Part shown: positions 1 to 8,486 of the stretch, piece by piece | Numbering within the stretch: position 1 is the first letter of the stretch | Layout: every line of letters begins with the position of its first letter | Assembly: GCA_024278555.1 (NCBI GenBank) | Contig: JAJRSX010000203.1 | Coordinates: 1-54,316, forward strand | Direction of reading: 5' to 3' | Origin: a bacterium | GTDB lineage: Bacteria > CG2-30-53-67 > CG2-30-70-394 | DNA length: 54,316 bases | Notes under the pieces: model-generated | Databases searched by the model: none | What the model was told of the DNA's origin: nothing | What the model saw: only the letters and a program-made list of their open reading frames with translations | Position numbers and translations under genes: made by a program

Positions 1-695
1 AAGTAGATGAGGCAGTTACGGCAGAAGACGACGTCGAAGGGGGCGTCGAAGCGGGGCAGGGGCCGCAGGAGGTTGATGCGCTGAAAGCGGACCATGCGCG
101 CGACCTCCGGGCGGACCCGGTAGCGGCTCATGTTTTTGCCCGTACCGCGCTGGAAGTGGCGATGGAGCAGCTCCCTGGGCACCCCCTTTACCTCCTCGGC
201 GGTATAGATGGCGCGCTTGGCGACCCCGAGGACCTCGGTGTTGATATCCGAGGCGAGGATCTGAGCCGACCACCCGGCGTGGTCGGCGAGGACGTCACGG
301 ACGACCACCGCGAGGGTGTACGGCTCGGCCCCCGTGGAACAGGCCGCGGACCAGATGCGCACCGCCCGGTCGTGACGCGCATCACCGAGGATCTGCGGGA
401 GATAGGTGGTCCGCAGCTCCTCGAAGTGGTGAATCTCCCGGAAGAAGCTGGTGAGGTTGGTGGTCACCAGGTTGAGGCAGACGGAGAGCTCCTCGTCATT
501 GCTGCCGCCGGTGAGATGGTCGGCGTACTGCTCGAAGGTGTCCAGACCGAGATCCCGCAACCTCTTGGCCAGGCGGGAGCGAAAGAGGGTCCGCTTGTTG
601 TCGCCGAAGCTCAGCCCCACCTCGTTCTCGATGTGGCGGCGAATCCGCTCGAAGGCGGCCGAGCTCAGCTCGGTGAGGTCTCCCACCTGGCTCAT
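1..695 (-). CDS. cheR: Chemotaxis methyltransferase CheR (start present, 3' end runs off the window)
   Basis: Hand translation of the minus strand from the ATG at 693-695 gives MSQVGDLTELSSAAFERIRRHIENEVGLSFGDNKRTLFRSRLAKRL...VRIWSAACSTGAEPYTLAVVV...FDVVFCRNCLIYF. This is a CheR N-terminal helical domain plus a SAM-binding core. ATGA overlap with the cheA stop. Absent from the ORF track because it is open at the window edge. Confidence 0.85.
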   Translation of the reverse strand, partial: MSQVGDLTELSSAAFERIRRHIENEVGLSFGDNKRTLFRSRLAKRLRDLGLDTFEQYADHLTGGSNDEELSVCLNLVTTNLTSFFREIHHFEELRTTYLPQILGDARHDRAVRIWSAACSTGAEPYTLAVVVRDVLADHAGWSAQILASDINTEVLGVAKRAIYTAEEVKGVPRELLHRHFQRGTGKNMSRYRVRPEVARMVRFQRINLLRPLPRFDAPFDVVFCRNCLIY

Positions 696-3520
696 GCGAC
701 AACTCCCGCCGAGGCAGCCTGGCGCTGATCGTAGAGGCCGAGGAGGTCGAGGATGAGGGCGACGTTGCCCTCGGCGAGGATGGTGGCGCCGGAGATCCCC
801 GGGAGCTTGGTGAAGTTGTCCTCCAGGTTCTTGATCACCACCTGCTGCTGGCCGAGGAGGTCGTCGGCGAGCAGCGCCCGCCTGCCGGCGGAGTCCTCGA
901 CCACCAGGATGATCCCCTCCTCCGGGTCGGTGACCTGCGGCTCGTGGCCGAGCCACTCGTAGAGGCGGTAGAGGGGCAGGTACTCGTCGCGGAAGAAGAG
1001 GACCTCGCCCTGGCCGGAGACGTGCTGGATGTCGGCGTTGCGCGGCCGGATCGACTCGACGATGGCCAGCACCGGGACGATGTACGCCTGACCCGAGACC
1101 GCCACCACCATCCCCTCGATGATCGCCAGGGTGAGCGGCAGGCGGATGCGCAGCACCGACCCCTTGCCCTCCTGAGACTCCACGTCCACCGAACCACGCA
1201 GCTCATCGACGTTTCGCTTCACCACGTCCATGCCGACCCCGCGACCGGAGAGCGACGAGACCTGCTCGGCGGTAGAGAAGCCGGGCTGGAAGATGAGGCG
1301 GTAGACCTGCTCGTCGGTGAGCTCCTGGTCCCCGGTGACCAGTCCCTTGGCGATGGCCTTGGCGAGCACCTTGTCGCGCGGGATCCCGCGACCGTCGTCG
1401 ACCACCTCGATCACCACGCTGCCCCCTTCGTGGGCGGCCCTGAGCTCCAGAGTGCCCTTCGGCGACTTGCCCGCGGCCTGGCGCTCCTCCGGCGTCTCCA
1501 GGCCGTGGTCGAGGGAGTTGCGGATCAGGTGCTTGAGGGGGTCGCCGATCTTCTCGACCACCGTCTTGTCGAGCTCGGTCTCCTCGCCGGTAATGACGAA
1601 GTTGACCTCCTTGCCGAGCTCACGTGACGAGTCGCGGACGAAGCGGGCGAACTGTTTGAAGGTGGGACCGATGGGCATCATCCGTACCCCCATCACCTCG
1701 TCCTGGAGGTTGCGGGAGAGACGCTCCACCTCATAAAGCGCGGTCTGCAGCCGCTCCGCCTCCTCACCCTCCATCTCGGTGGCGAGCTTCAGGGCGTGCG
1801 ACTGGGCGATGACGATCTCTCCCACCGAGTTCATCATCGCGTCGAGCCGCTCGGTGTCGACACGGATGGCGGAGATCGCCCGGTTGACGGTCGGCTGGGT
1901 GCGCTGCGCCTTCTGCTCGGCGAGGGCCTCGCCCACCTTGGCCGGCGCCACCTTGCCCTTGTCGACGAGGATGGTGCCGATGGGCTTGTCGCTGCCGGCG
2001 AGCTGCTCGGACACCGCCTCGCCAACATCGGCGGGCGCCGCCGCCCCCTTCTCCACCAGGATCTTGCCGATCGGCTTGGCGGGCTCCACCGGCGGCGGTA
2101 CCGCCTCCGCCGAGGCGGTCGGTCGTGCACCGGCGAGGAAGCGGCGGATCGCCGCCACGTGGTCGCCCACCGGCAGCTTGTTGAGGGTGCTTGCGTCCGG
2201 CATCGCGTGCTTCTCAAGGAAAGCGGCGATGTTGTCGTTGAGGCCGCGGGCCAGGTCGATGGAGGTGAGGAGCAGACCGATCGAGTCGGTGTCGAGGAGG
2301 AGCTCGCCGTTGCGCGCCCGGTCGAGCAGGTTCTCGGTCTCGTGGGCGAGCTTGCCGAGGACCTCCAGCTCCAGAAACCCCGCCGACCCCTTCATCGAGT
2401 GGAAGGTGCGGAAGAGGGCATGGATGGTCTCCATGTCCGTGGGATCCTCCTCGAGGGCGAGGATCTTCTCCTCGATCTCGGCGAGCGCCTCGGTGGACTC
2501 CTCGTGAAACTCGTGGAGGATCTCGATGTCGTCCTCGGCCAACTCCGCCACCGCCTCCAGACCGGTGGCCTCGGCCCCCTCGGCGAGGGCGCCGGTGAGC
2601 GGCGGCGCGGTGGGCGTATCCGCCGCCGCCACCGGCGCCGCCTCCGACGGCGCGGGCGCGACAGAGGCGGGTTCCTCCTGAACCCGCTCTGTCGCCGACC
2701 GCACCGGATCCGCTTGGCCGTCCTTGGCTGCGGGGGCTCCGGTGTCGGACGAAGGGGCACCCGCCGCCGGGTCAGGGACCTCTTCGACACGAATGTCGCC
2801 GTCGTTGCGACAAAAGAGAAAGACCTCCTCCACGTCCTCTTTCGACGCGGTGGTGGTGAGGGTGACGTCCCACGCGAGGTAGAACTTCAGCGGGTCGATC
2901 TCGCCGATCTCGGGAACCCGACCCGTATCGCAGCAGACCTCCTCCAGGTCGCCGAGGGTGGCGAGCTCGTCGAGGAGCAACATCGGGTTGGTCCCCTGGA
3001 AGAAGATGTCGTCGTTGAGGGCGAGGTGGATGCGGTAGGTGCTCACCTCCGGAGTCGCCGCCTCCGGGGCCTCGCTGGTCGCCGGCGCGGCGACCGACTC
3101 GGCGGACTCAACGGGCTCGGTGGCCGTTGTCGTGGCCCCCGCGGCCACCTGCTGAAGACGGTCACACAGGGGGGTGAGATGTTCGGAGTGGTCGCTGTCG
3201 CTCCCCTCGGTCGCCTCGTCCACCATCCGGCGCAGACAGTCGAGGGAATCGAGCAGGGTGTTCACCACCCGGGCGTCGATCGCCAGGAGACCGTCACGGA
3301 CCCGATCGAGGACCGACTCCATGGCGTGGGTGAGGGAGGCGATCTGCGGGAAGCCGAACATCGCCGCCGAGGACTTCATCGTGTGGGCGGCACGGAAGAT
3401 GCGATTGATCAGCTCCGTATCGTGGGCCTGCTCCTCAAGGTCTACGAGATCGACCTCCAGAGAGGCCGTGAGATCCTGGGCCTCGGCAATAAAGACGTCC
3501 CGATACTCGTCGCCGGCCAT
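692..3520 (-). CDS. cheA: Chemotaxis histidine kinase CheA, atypical: two HPt domains
   Basis: 942-aa ORF. HPt 1 is around H46 (FRAAHTMKSSAAMFGF). HPt 2 is around H374 (FRTFHSMKGSAGFLE). Kinase core motifs DPLKHLIRNSLDHG, VVDDGRGI and GFSTAE..SGRGVGMDVV are present. C-terminal CheW-like P5 domain (VLFFRDEYLPLYRL...ILVVED). Confidence 0.9.
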   Translation of the reverse strand: MAGDEYRDVFIAEAQDLTASLEVDLVDLEEQAHDTELINRIFRAAHTMKSSAAMFGFPQIASLTHAMESVLDRVRDGLLAIDARVVNTLLDSLDCLRRMVDEATEGSDSDHSEHLTPLCDRLQQVAAGATTTATEPVESAESVAAPATSEAPEAATPEVSTYRIHLALNDDIFFQGTNPMLLLDELATLGDLEEVCCDTGRVPEIGEIDPLKFYLAWDVTLTTTASKEDVEEVFLFCRNDGDIRVEEVPDPAAGAPSSDTGAPAAKDGQADPVRSATERVQEEPASVAPAPSEAAPVAAADTPTAPPLTGALAEGAEATGLEAVAELAEDDIEILHEFHEESTEALAEIEEKILALEEDPTDMETIHALFRTFHSMKGSAGFLELEVLGKLAHETENLLDRARNGELLLDTDSIGLLLTSIDLARGLNDNIAAFLEKHAMPDASTLNKLPVGDHVAAIRRFLAGARPTASAEAVPPPVEPAKPIGKILVEKGAAAPADVGEAVSEQLAGSDKPIGTILVDKGKVAPAKVGEALAEQKAQRTQPTVNRAISAIRVDTERLDAMMNSVGEIVIAQSHALKLATEMEGEEAERLQTALYEVERLSRNLQDEVMGVRMMPIGPTFKQFARFVRDSSRELGKEVNFVITGEETELDKTVVEKIGDPLKHLIRNSLDHGLETPEERQAAGKSPKGTLELRAAHEGGSVVIEVVDDGRGIPRDKVLAKAIAKGLVTGDQELTDEQVYRLIFQPGFSTAEQVSSLSGRGVGMDVVKRNVDELRGSVDVESQEGKGSVLRIRLPLTLAIIEGMVVAVSGQAYIVPVLAIVESIRPRNADIQHVSGQGEVLFFRDEYLPLYRLYEWLGHEPQVTDPEEGIILVVEDSAGRRALLADDLLGQQQVVIKNLEDNFTKLPGISGATILAEGNVALILDLLGLYDQRQAASAGVVA

Positions 3521-3807
3521 TAGCTGTTCTCCTCCAAGAGATCCCCCAGGCCGCTGAGGGCGAGGGCGTCACGCAACACGGTGCTCGGACGGCGGATGGC
3601 AAAGGGGCGCTCCGCCGCCCGCGCCATCGCCCGGGTGGAGACCAGGAGCTGGAGACCGGCGGCATCCGCCGACTCGACCCGATCCCCGAAAAAGATCAGG
3701 TCGCCGCCATCCCCGGTCACCGCCTGGAGGTCACGGCAGAACCCCTCCGCACGCTCCACCGTCAGATCACGCGGTAGGTTGAGGGTGCCCTGTTTGGTCC
3801 GCTTCAT
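3520..3807 (-). CDS. STAS-domain protein (anti-sigma-antagonist-like) inside the che operon
   Basis: 95-aa ORF with 1-nt overlap onto the cheA start. The pattern ...LNLPRDLTVERAEGFCRDL...FFGDRVESADAAGLQLLVS...LRDALALSGL is typical of SpoIIAA/STAS folds. Confidence 0.6.
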   Translation of the reverse strand: MKRTKQGTLNLPRDLTVERAEGFCRDLQAVTGDGGDLIFFGDRVESADAAGLQLLVSTRAMARAAERPFAIRRPSTVLRDALALSGLGDLLEENS

Positions 3808-3835
3808 CGAATCCCTCCTGGTAGCCGCGGCGCCC

Positions 3836-4201
3836 CTATCGACCGAGGACCTTTTGGATCACCGACAGGAGCTGGCGCGGCTCGAACGGCTTGACGATCC
3901 AGCCGGTGGCGCCGGCCGCTCGCCCCTGCTGTTTCTGCCCCTCCGCCGACTCGGTGGTCACCGTGAGGATCGGCGTGAACCGGTAGCTGGAGAGCTGACG
4001 CAACGCCCTGATCAGCTCGAAGCCGTCCATCTCGGGCATGTTGATGTCGGTGAGAACGACGTTGAACTTTCCCTGCCGCGCCTTGGCCAGGCCGTCCTTG
4101 CCGTCGACCGCGGTGGTCACCTCGAAGCCCGCGTCCACGAGGGTACGCTCGAGCATCAGGCGGATGGAGGGGGAATCATCGACTGCCAGGATCGACGCCA
4201 T
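3836..4201 (-). CDS. cheY: CheY-like single-domain response regulator
   Basis: 121-aa ORF. Acidic pocket ILAVDDS, phospho-acceptor region VVLTDINMPEMDG, conserved T (TVTT) and K (IVKPF). Confidence 0.9.
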   Translation of the reverse strand: MASILAVDDSPSIRLMLERTLVDAGFEVTTAVDGKDGLAKARQGKFNVVLTDINMPEMDGFELIRALRQLSSYRFTPILTVTTESAEGQKQQGRAAGATGWIVKPFEPRQLLSVIQKVLGR

Positions 4202-4482
4202 GATTGAATCGCCTCACAAATAGAGAGTGGGTCCGAGCAACGGACCAGCCGCCACTGGCCGACCCGGGGAATGGTGCATTGTTTATCGACCCACTTCGGC
4301 GATCCTTGAGGCGCTCCCGCGACGCGCGGTGCCACCCGTTTATGCCCCCGGACATGGGGTCCTGGCGCCTGTCGGACGGACACCCGCCGACAGCGGCCCG
4401 GATAGGGGGGCTTTCACACCTTCGGGACCGGGTGAGGAGGGCGCCTCCCCTCGCCATCCAACGGTGGCGGGAAGTCGTGCGC

Positions 4483-4827
4483 TCAGCCGGCTGGGGCCAC
4501 TTCGCGCACCGGGAAGGCGTACCCTTCGCGGAGGTGGCGCACGAGCCCCTGGTACGGATCGATCTCCACCGGATCCCCGTCACCGAAGTAGGGGCGCAGA
4601 TCGACCTCGGTGGCGAAACACGGCGGGCCGGTGGCAAGCCGCGGCGGCGCGTCCGGGGCGACCCATGCCACCACCCCGGCGCCTACCACCTCGTCCCGAC
4701 CCGGAAACTCGGCTGCGAAGACGACGGTGTCGCGTTCGCCCTCGCGCCCCCCCTGACCGATCCGCGCTCGCCCGACGATCCGCGCCTCCATCGGCCAAGG
4801 ATGGTGGCCCGCCGCCATGGAGGTCAA
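4483..4827 (-). CDS. Hypothetical protein (start uncertain: TTG 4827, ATG 4818 or ATG 4791)
   Basis: 114-aa ORF with strong G/C third-position bias like neighbouring genes. No family recognised. The competing plus-strand frames here are Arg/Pro-rich shadow ORFs. Confidence 0.45.
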   Translation of the reverse strand: MTSMAAGHHPWPMEARIVGRARIGQGGREGERDTVVFAAEFPGRDEVVGAGVVAWVAPDAPPRLATGPPCFATEVDLRPYFGDGDPVEIDPYQGLVRHLREGYAFPVREVAPAG

Positions 4828-4898
4828 CCGCCGGTCAAGCAGCGGCCGGGAGACGCCGAAACCGTATGCACCCCTCCCGACCTAAGGACGCCCATCCC

Positions 4899-5777
4899 AT
4901 GGACGCAGCCCTGGACCAGCTCCCCCTCGCCCTGCGCGCGGAGATCGACGAGATCCCCACCCTGCCGGCGGTGGTCTCCGCCTGCCTCGACGAGCTTCAT
5001 GACCCAAACTCGAACGCCCAGCGGGTCGCCGACCTGATGCTCGCCGATGTGGGGCTCACCGCGCGCGCCCTGCGGCTGGTGAACTCCTCCATCTTCGCGC
5101 TCTCACGCGAGGTCACCTCCCTGTCGCACGCCATCGCCCTGCTCGGCTCGGCGCGGCTGGAGGAGATCATCCTCTCGGTCACCCTGCCGCAGCTCTTCGG
5201 CAAGGGGCCGTCCGGCCCCCTGGTCAAGCGGATCTGGGAGCACAGCTTCGCCACCGCCTTCATGGCCCGGGAGATCGCCGTCCGTGCCGGATGGCCGCGC
5301 CCCGCCGATGCCTACGTCGCCGGCCTCATGCATGACATGGGTCTGATGGTGGCGGCCCGCTGCCTCCCGGCACCGATCCACGACTTCCTCAAGAACGCCG
5401 GCCACGACCCGGCGTGGAACCTGGCGGCCGAGCACGACGCGCTCGGCGCCGACCACACCGAGATCGGACTCGCCCTCGCCGACCACTGGGGTTTCCCCGA
5501 GGTCGTCCGCGAGTCGATCCACCACCACCACGCCCCCGCCGACCACGGTAACGCAGTGGCGATCATCCACGTCGCCGACCGGTGCGCCGAGAGCGGCGGT
5601 CTCGCAATCCGCAAGATCGATCCGGAGGTTGTGGAGGAGCTCGACCTGACCACCTGTTGCCACGAGGTCTTCCCCTCGTCGCTCTCCATCCCCGACGACC
5701 TCGACCTCCTCGCCGGCTCCGCCGACTGGGCGAGCCAGGTCCGCGCCCTCGTACGGGAGCTCGTCCCCAACGGTTGA
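4899..5777 (+). CDS. HDOD-domain signalling protein
   Basis: In-frame ATG at 4899 of track ORF 4227..5777, preceded by AAGGA. The sequence ...IPTLPAVVSACLDELHDPNSNAQRVADLMLADVGLTARALRLVNSSIFAL...AIALLG...HDMG...HTEIG matches the HDOD pattern. The upstream 224 codons are Arg/Pro-rich and look non-coding. Confidence 0.8.
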   Translation: MDAALDQLPLALRAEIDEIPTLPAVVSACLDELHDPNSNAQRVADLMLADVGLTARALRLVNSSIFALSREVTSLSHAIALLGSARLEEIILSVTLPQLFGKGPSGPLVKRIWEHSFATAFMAREIAVRAGWPRPADAYVAGLMHDMGLMVAARCLPAPIHDFLKNAGHDPAWNLAAEHDALGADHTEIGLALADHWGFPEVVRESIHHHHAPADHGNAVAIIHVADRCAESGGLAIRKIDPEVVEELDLTTCCHEVFPSSLSIPDDLDLLAGSADWASQVRALVRELVPNG

Positions 5778-5819
5778 GCCCCCCGATCTCCAACCCTTCA
5801 CCCCACGAAAGGAAACGCC

Positions 5820-6194
5820 ATGTCCATCAACGTCCTCATCGTCGACGACTCCTCCACCATGCGGAAGATCGTCCAGCGCAACCTCAAGCAGACCGGCCTC
5901 GACCTCGGCGAGATCTTCCAGGCCGGCGACGGTCAGGAGGGGCTCGCGGTCCTCAACGAGCAGACCGTGAACCTCGTCCTCTCCGACTGGAACATGCCGA
6001 ACATGGACGGCCTCGGCATGGTCCAGGCGATCCGCGCCAACGAGGCGTGGAACCACATCCAGATCATCATGATCACCACCGAGGGGGGAGAGGCGAAGGT
6101 CCAGGAGGCGGTCGCCGCCGGCGCCAACGGCTATGTAAAGAAGCCGTTCACCGCCGACGACCTGGAAGCGGAGCTCGCCTCGGCCGCGGCCTGA
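5820..6194 (+). CDS. cheY: CheY-like single-domain response regulator
   Basis: 124-aa ORF. Motifs VLIVDDSSTMRK, LVLSDWNMPNMDG, MITTEG and YVKKPF. Confidence 0.9.
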   Translation: MSINVLIVDDSSTMRKIVQRNLKQTGLDLGEIFQAGDGQEGLAVLNEQTVNLVLSDWNMPNMDGLGMVQAIRANEAWNHIQIIMITTEGGEAKVQEAVAAGANGYVKKPFTADDLEAELASAAA

Positions 6195-6197
6195 ACC

Positions 6198-6710
6198 ATG
6201 ACCACCGATCACCCACGCGCCCGAGGAGGCCCTATGCCCACCGTCACGTCGCACGATATCTACGAAGCCGTGCAGGGAATCTTCCAGTCGATGCTCGGCG
6301 TCAACCCGCAGCTGGTGTCGCTGGAACAGGAGGATGAAGCGCTCCACAACCAGGGGATCGCCGCGATCGTCGGCTACGCCGGGGAGAGCGACGGATCGGT
6401 GATCTTCACCTGCTCCCTGGAGCTGGGCACAATCCTGGCAGGGCTGATGCTGATGGAAGAGGAGGTCGACCCCGAGAGCGAGGACGTCGACGACGCGGTG
6501 GGCGAGATCGGCAACATGATCGCCGGCCAGCTCAAGAACCTCGTCTGCGAGGGCGGCGACGAGGTCCAGCTCTCCATCCCGGTGATCGTTCGCGACGGCA
6601 ACTATCGCCTCTCGGTCCCCAGCTCCTACGACCGGTGGCGACTCACCTGTTTCCACATCGACGGCGCCCCCTTCTACGTGGAGATGGTCTCCAGTGAGCC
6701 CCTCGAATGA
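6198..6710 (+). CDS. cheX: CheX-like CheY-P phosphatase
   Basis: 170-aa ORF 4 nt after the cheY stop. The single motif DDAVGEIGNMIAGQLK is the CheC/CheX/FliY-type E-x2-N signature in a CheX-sized protein. Confidence 0.7.
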   Translation: MTTDHPRARGGPMPTVTSHDIYEAVQGIFQSMLGVNPQLVSLEQEDEALHNQGIAAIVGYAGESDGSVIFTCSLELGTILAGLMLMEEEVDPESEDVDDAVGEIGNMIAGQLKNLVCEGGDEVQLSIPVIVRDGNYRLSVPSSYDRWRLTCFHIDGAPFYVEMVSSEPLE

Positions 6711-6754
6711 GACGGCCGCCTCGATGATGGGGCGGCACGGCCCGACCTGCGGCG

Positions 6755-8095
6755 ATGAGTAAGGCGCTACACACCTTCACGGAGAACCTCCTGACCCAGG
6801 TGGGGAGCGCCCTCTCGGAGCTCCTTGGCCACCCCATCGCCTTCAAGCGGGGGCAGATCTCCGCCTTTGAAGAGTCCTCCTTTACCCCCTTCGGCGAGGA
6901 GTTTATCGCCTGCCTCACCGCCGCCGTCACCGAGCCGCACGAGGGGACCATCTACGTCGGCTTCGACCTCCCGCGGGTGGTCATCCTCGGGGCGCTGCTG
7001 GAGATGGTGCCGCCCGACGGCATCGCAGATCGCCTCGCCGAGCCGGAGTTCAACGAGGACAACGCCGACGCCTTCGAAGAGGTGGGCAACATCCTCGTGG
7101 GCAAGCTCGACGAGGCGATCCGCAATGACCTCGGCGCCGCCAAGATTCACACCAAGAAGGGCGAGACCATCAGCGGCCCCCCGGCCGAGGTCTACGGCCG
7201 GATCCACACCCAAGGCGATTACTACTGTCTCGACGCCACCATCGAGATCGAGGGACAGGAGAGCGGTCCGCTCTGCTTCCTCTTCCACCCGTCACTGGTG
7301 GAAGACGGGTTCAAGGCCGACCCGGAGATCACCAAGTGGCGCATCGCCACCCAATTCGCAAGCGGTGAGGAGGCGGCAACGAGCGACGGGGTAGAGCGGG
7401 CCGTCGCCGGCGAGGGCGATGATCCCGAGAGCGGCGGCGATATCGCCACGGCGGTTGACGGCGACAAAGAGAGCACCACGAACGGCAAGATCGCCACCGC
7501 GGTCGGCACCGCAGACGACACGGGTGAGGGTGGCCACATCGCCACCGCCGCAGACCGGGGCGACGGCGAGTCCGCGGCCGCGGGGGGCCACACCGGCGAC
7601 GGCTCCGGAGCCGGAATCGGCAACGACGCCTCCGGCCCGCCGGCCGGCCACACCGGACCGGCCGCCGCACGGCGGCCCCGCGCCGCCACCCTCGGCGGCG
7701 GCGCTCCCCCCTCTGGCGATGACCGGCCGGTCCTCCTGGTCGTGGACGACGACATCACCACCCGCTCCATCCTCCGTACCTGGCTCGACGGCGGCGACTT
7801 TCTCGTCTATGAGGCGGTGAGCTGGCGCGAGGCGTCACTCTTCCTGCGCCGCTACCGGATCGACGCGGTCATCCTCGACCTCTACCTCCACGACCTCAAC
7901 GGCATCGAGGCGTGCCGTCGGCTGCACCTCCACCCGGCGACACGCGACGTGCCGGTGATCCTCTGCGCCAGCCACCCGAGCCGCGAGGCGGTGGTCCAGG
8001 GGCTCAAGGCGGGGGCGACGGACTTCCTCATCAAGCCGTTCGACCGCCAGCGGCTGATGGAAAAGCTCGACGCGGTGGCCCTGGCGCCCGCCTAG
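6755..8095 (+). CDS. CheC/CheX-like domain fused through a repetitive acidic/Gly linker to a receiver (REC) domain
   Basis: 446-aa ORF. The N-terminal roughly 190 aa carry NADAFEEVGNILVGKLDE (CXY-family motif). Residues about 200-324 are low complexity with three G-x-IATA(V/A) repeats. The C-terminal REC has VLLVVDDD, VILDLYLHDLNG and FLIKPF. Confidence 0.7.
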   Translation: MSKALHTFTENLLTQVGSALSELLGHPIAFKRGQISAFEESSFTPFGEEFIACLTAAVTEPHEGTIYVGFDLPRVVILGALLEMVPPDGIADRLAEPEFNEDNADAFEEVGNILVGKLDEAIRNDLGAAKIHTKKGETISGPPAEVYGRIHTQGDYYCLDATIEIEGQESGPLCFLFHPSLVEDGFKADPEITKWRIATQFASGEEAATSDGVERAVAGEGDDPESGGDIATAVDGDKESTTNGKIATAVGTADDTGEGGHIATAADRGDGESAAAGGHTGDGSGAGIGNDASGPPAGHTGPAAARRPRAATLGGGAPPSGDDRPVLLVVDDDITTRSILRTWLDGGDFLVYEAVSWREASLFLRRYRIDAVILDLYLHDLNGIEACRRLHLHPATRDVPVILCASHPSREAVVQGLKAGATDFLIKPFDRQRLMEKLDAVALAPA

Positions 8096-8320
8096 CCTCA
8101 CGCGCCCCTTCGGGTGCCCGCAGGGGCCTCACGGAGCACCCGTGGGGCCACCCGGATCCCCCCGTAATCACGGGGAAAAAGCCTCCTCGGCCCCCTTTTC
8201 GAGAGCAGGACGAGGGGCGCCTTCGGCATCCCGGAGTCAGGTTTTTCCACAGGTCTATCCACAGGCCATAAGAATCGCAACCCATTGTTTTTATTGCATT
8301 GTTTGTTATTTTGTCCACGC

Positions 8321-8350
8321 TTGACCGGGCGACAAAGGAGGGGCTATAAG
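8321..8350 (+). promoter_or_regulatory. Candidate sigma70-type promoter for nrdJ
   Basis: TTGACC (8321-8326), 18-nt spacer, TATAAG (8345-8350). It sits just downstream of an AT-rich island (about 8270-8320) in otherwise GC-rich DNA. It would give a leader of about 130 nt to the ATG at 8487. Confidence 0.35.
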
Positions 8351-8486
8351 GGTCACTCCTCGTCGCGTTTTCCCCTCCCCTGCGGCCTTCACCGCACCCC
8401 ACGCTACCCTTGGAAGAGAAGCGGGACTGGCACTCGATACTTGATAGTCATAGTCATCTTTCAATCCACCCGTCGGAGCACCGCCC

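Noticed and set aside
1796-3523. Long antisense ORFs opposite real genes. Examples: 1796..3523(+), 5103..6656(-), 8454..9542(-), 9588..12020(-), 14951..16060(-), 20699..23650(+), 23952..25061(-), 28414..30219(+), 35525..36928(+), 40792..41952(+), 42258..43709(+), 44424..45740(+), 45979..47571(+), 50441..52033(+), 51922..53712(+).
   Set aside because: Their translations are Arg/Gly/Pro/His-rich low-complexity strings with no motifs. Each lies opposite an ORF with clear family signatures. Such shadow ORFs are expected in DNA of about 70% GC.
4227-4898. 224-codon N-terminal extension of the HDOD ORF (track 4227..5777), plus similar extensions at 18634-19416 (BASS), 23642-23770 (kinase), 47539-48018 (portal), 51899-53107 (atpB) and 53659-53775 (atpA).
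   Set aside because: The extensions are Pro/Arg-rich and overlap other genes or intergenic DNA. The family-typical N-termini begin at internal start codons, several with good Shine-Dalgarno sequences.
8098-8486. Cobalamin riboswitch upstream of the B12-dependent RNR.
   Set aside because: I found no B12-box-like element or the conserved GCCACTG core, and the region lacks the expected multi-stem GC-rich architecture. This needs a covariance-model scan to be definitive.
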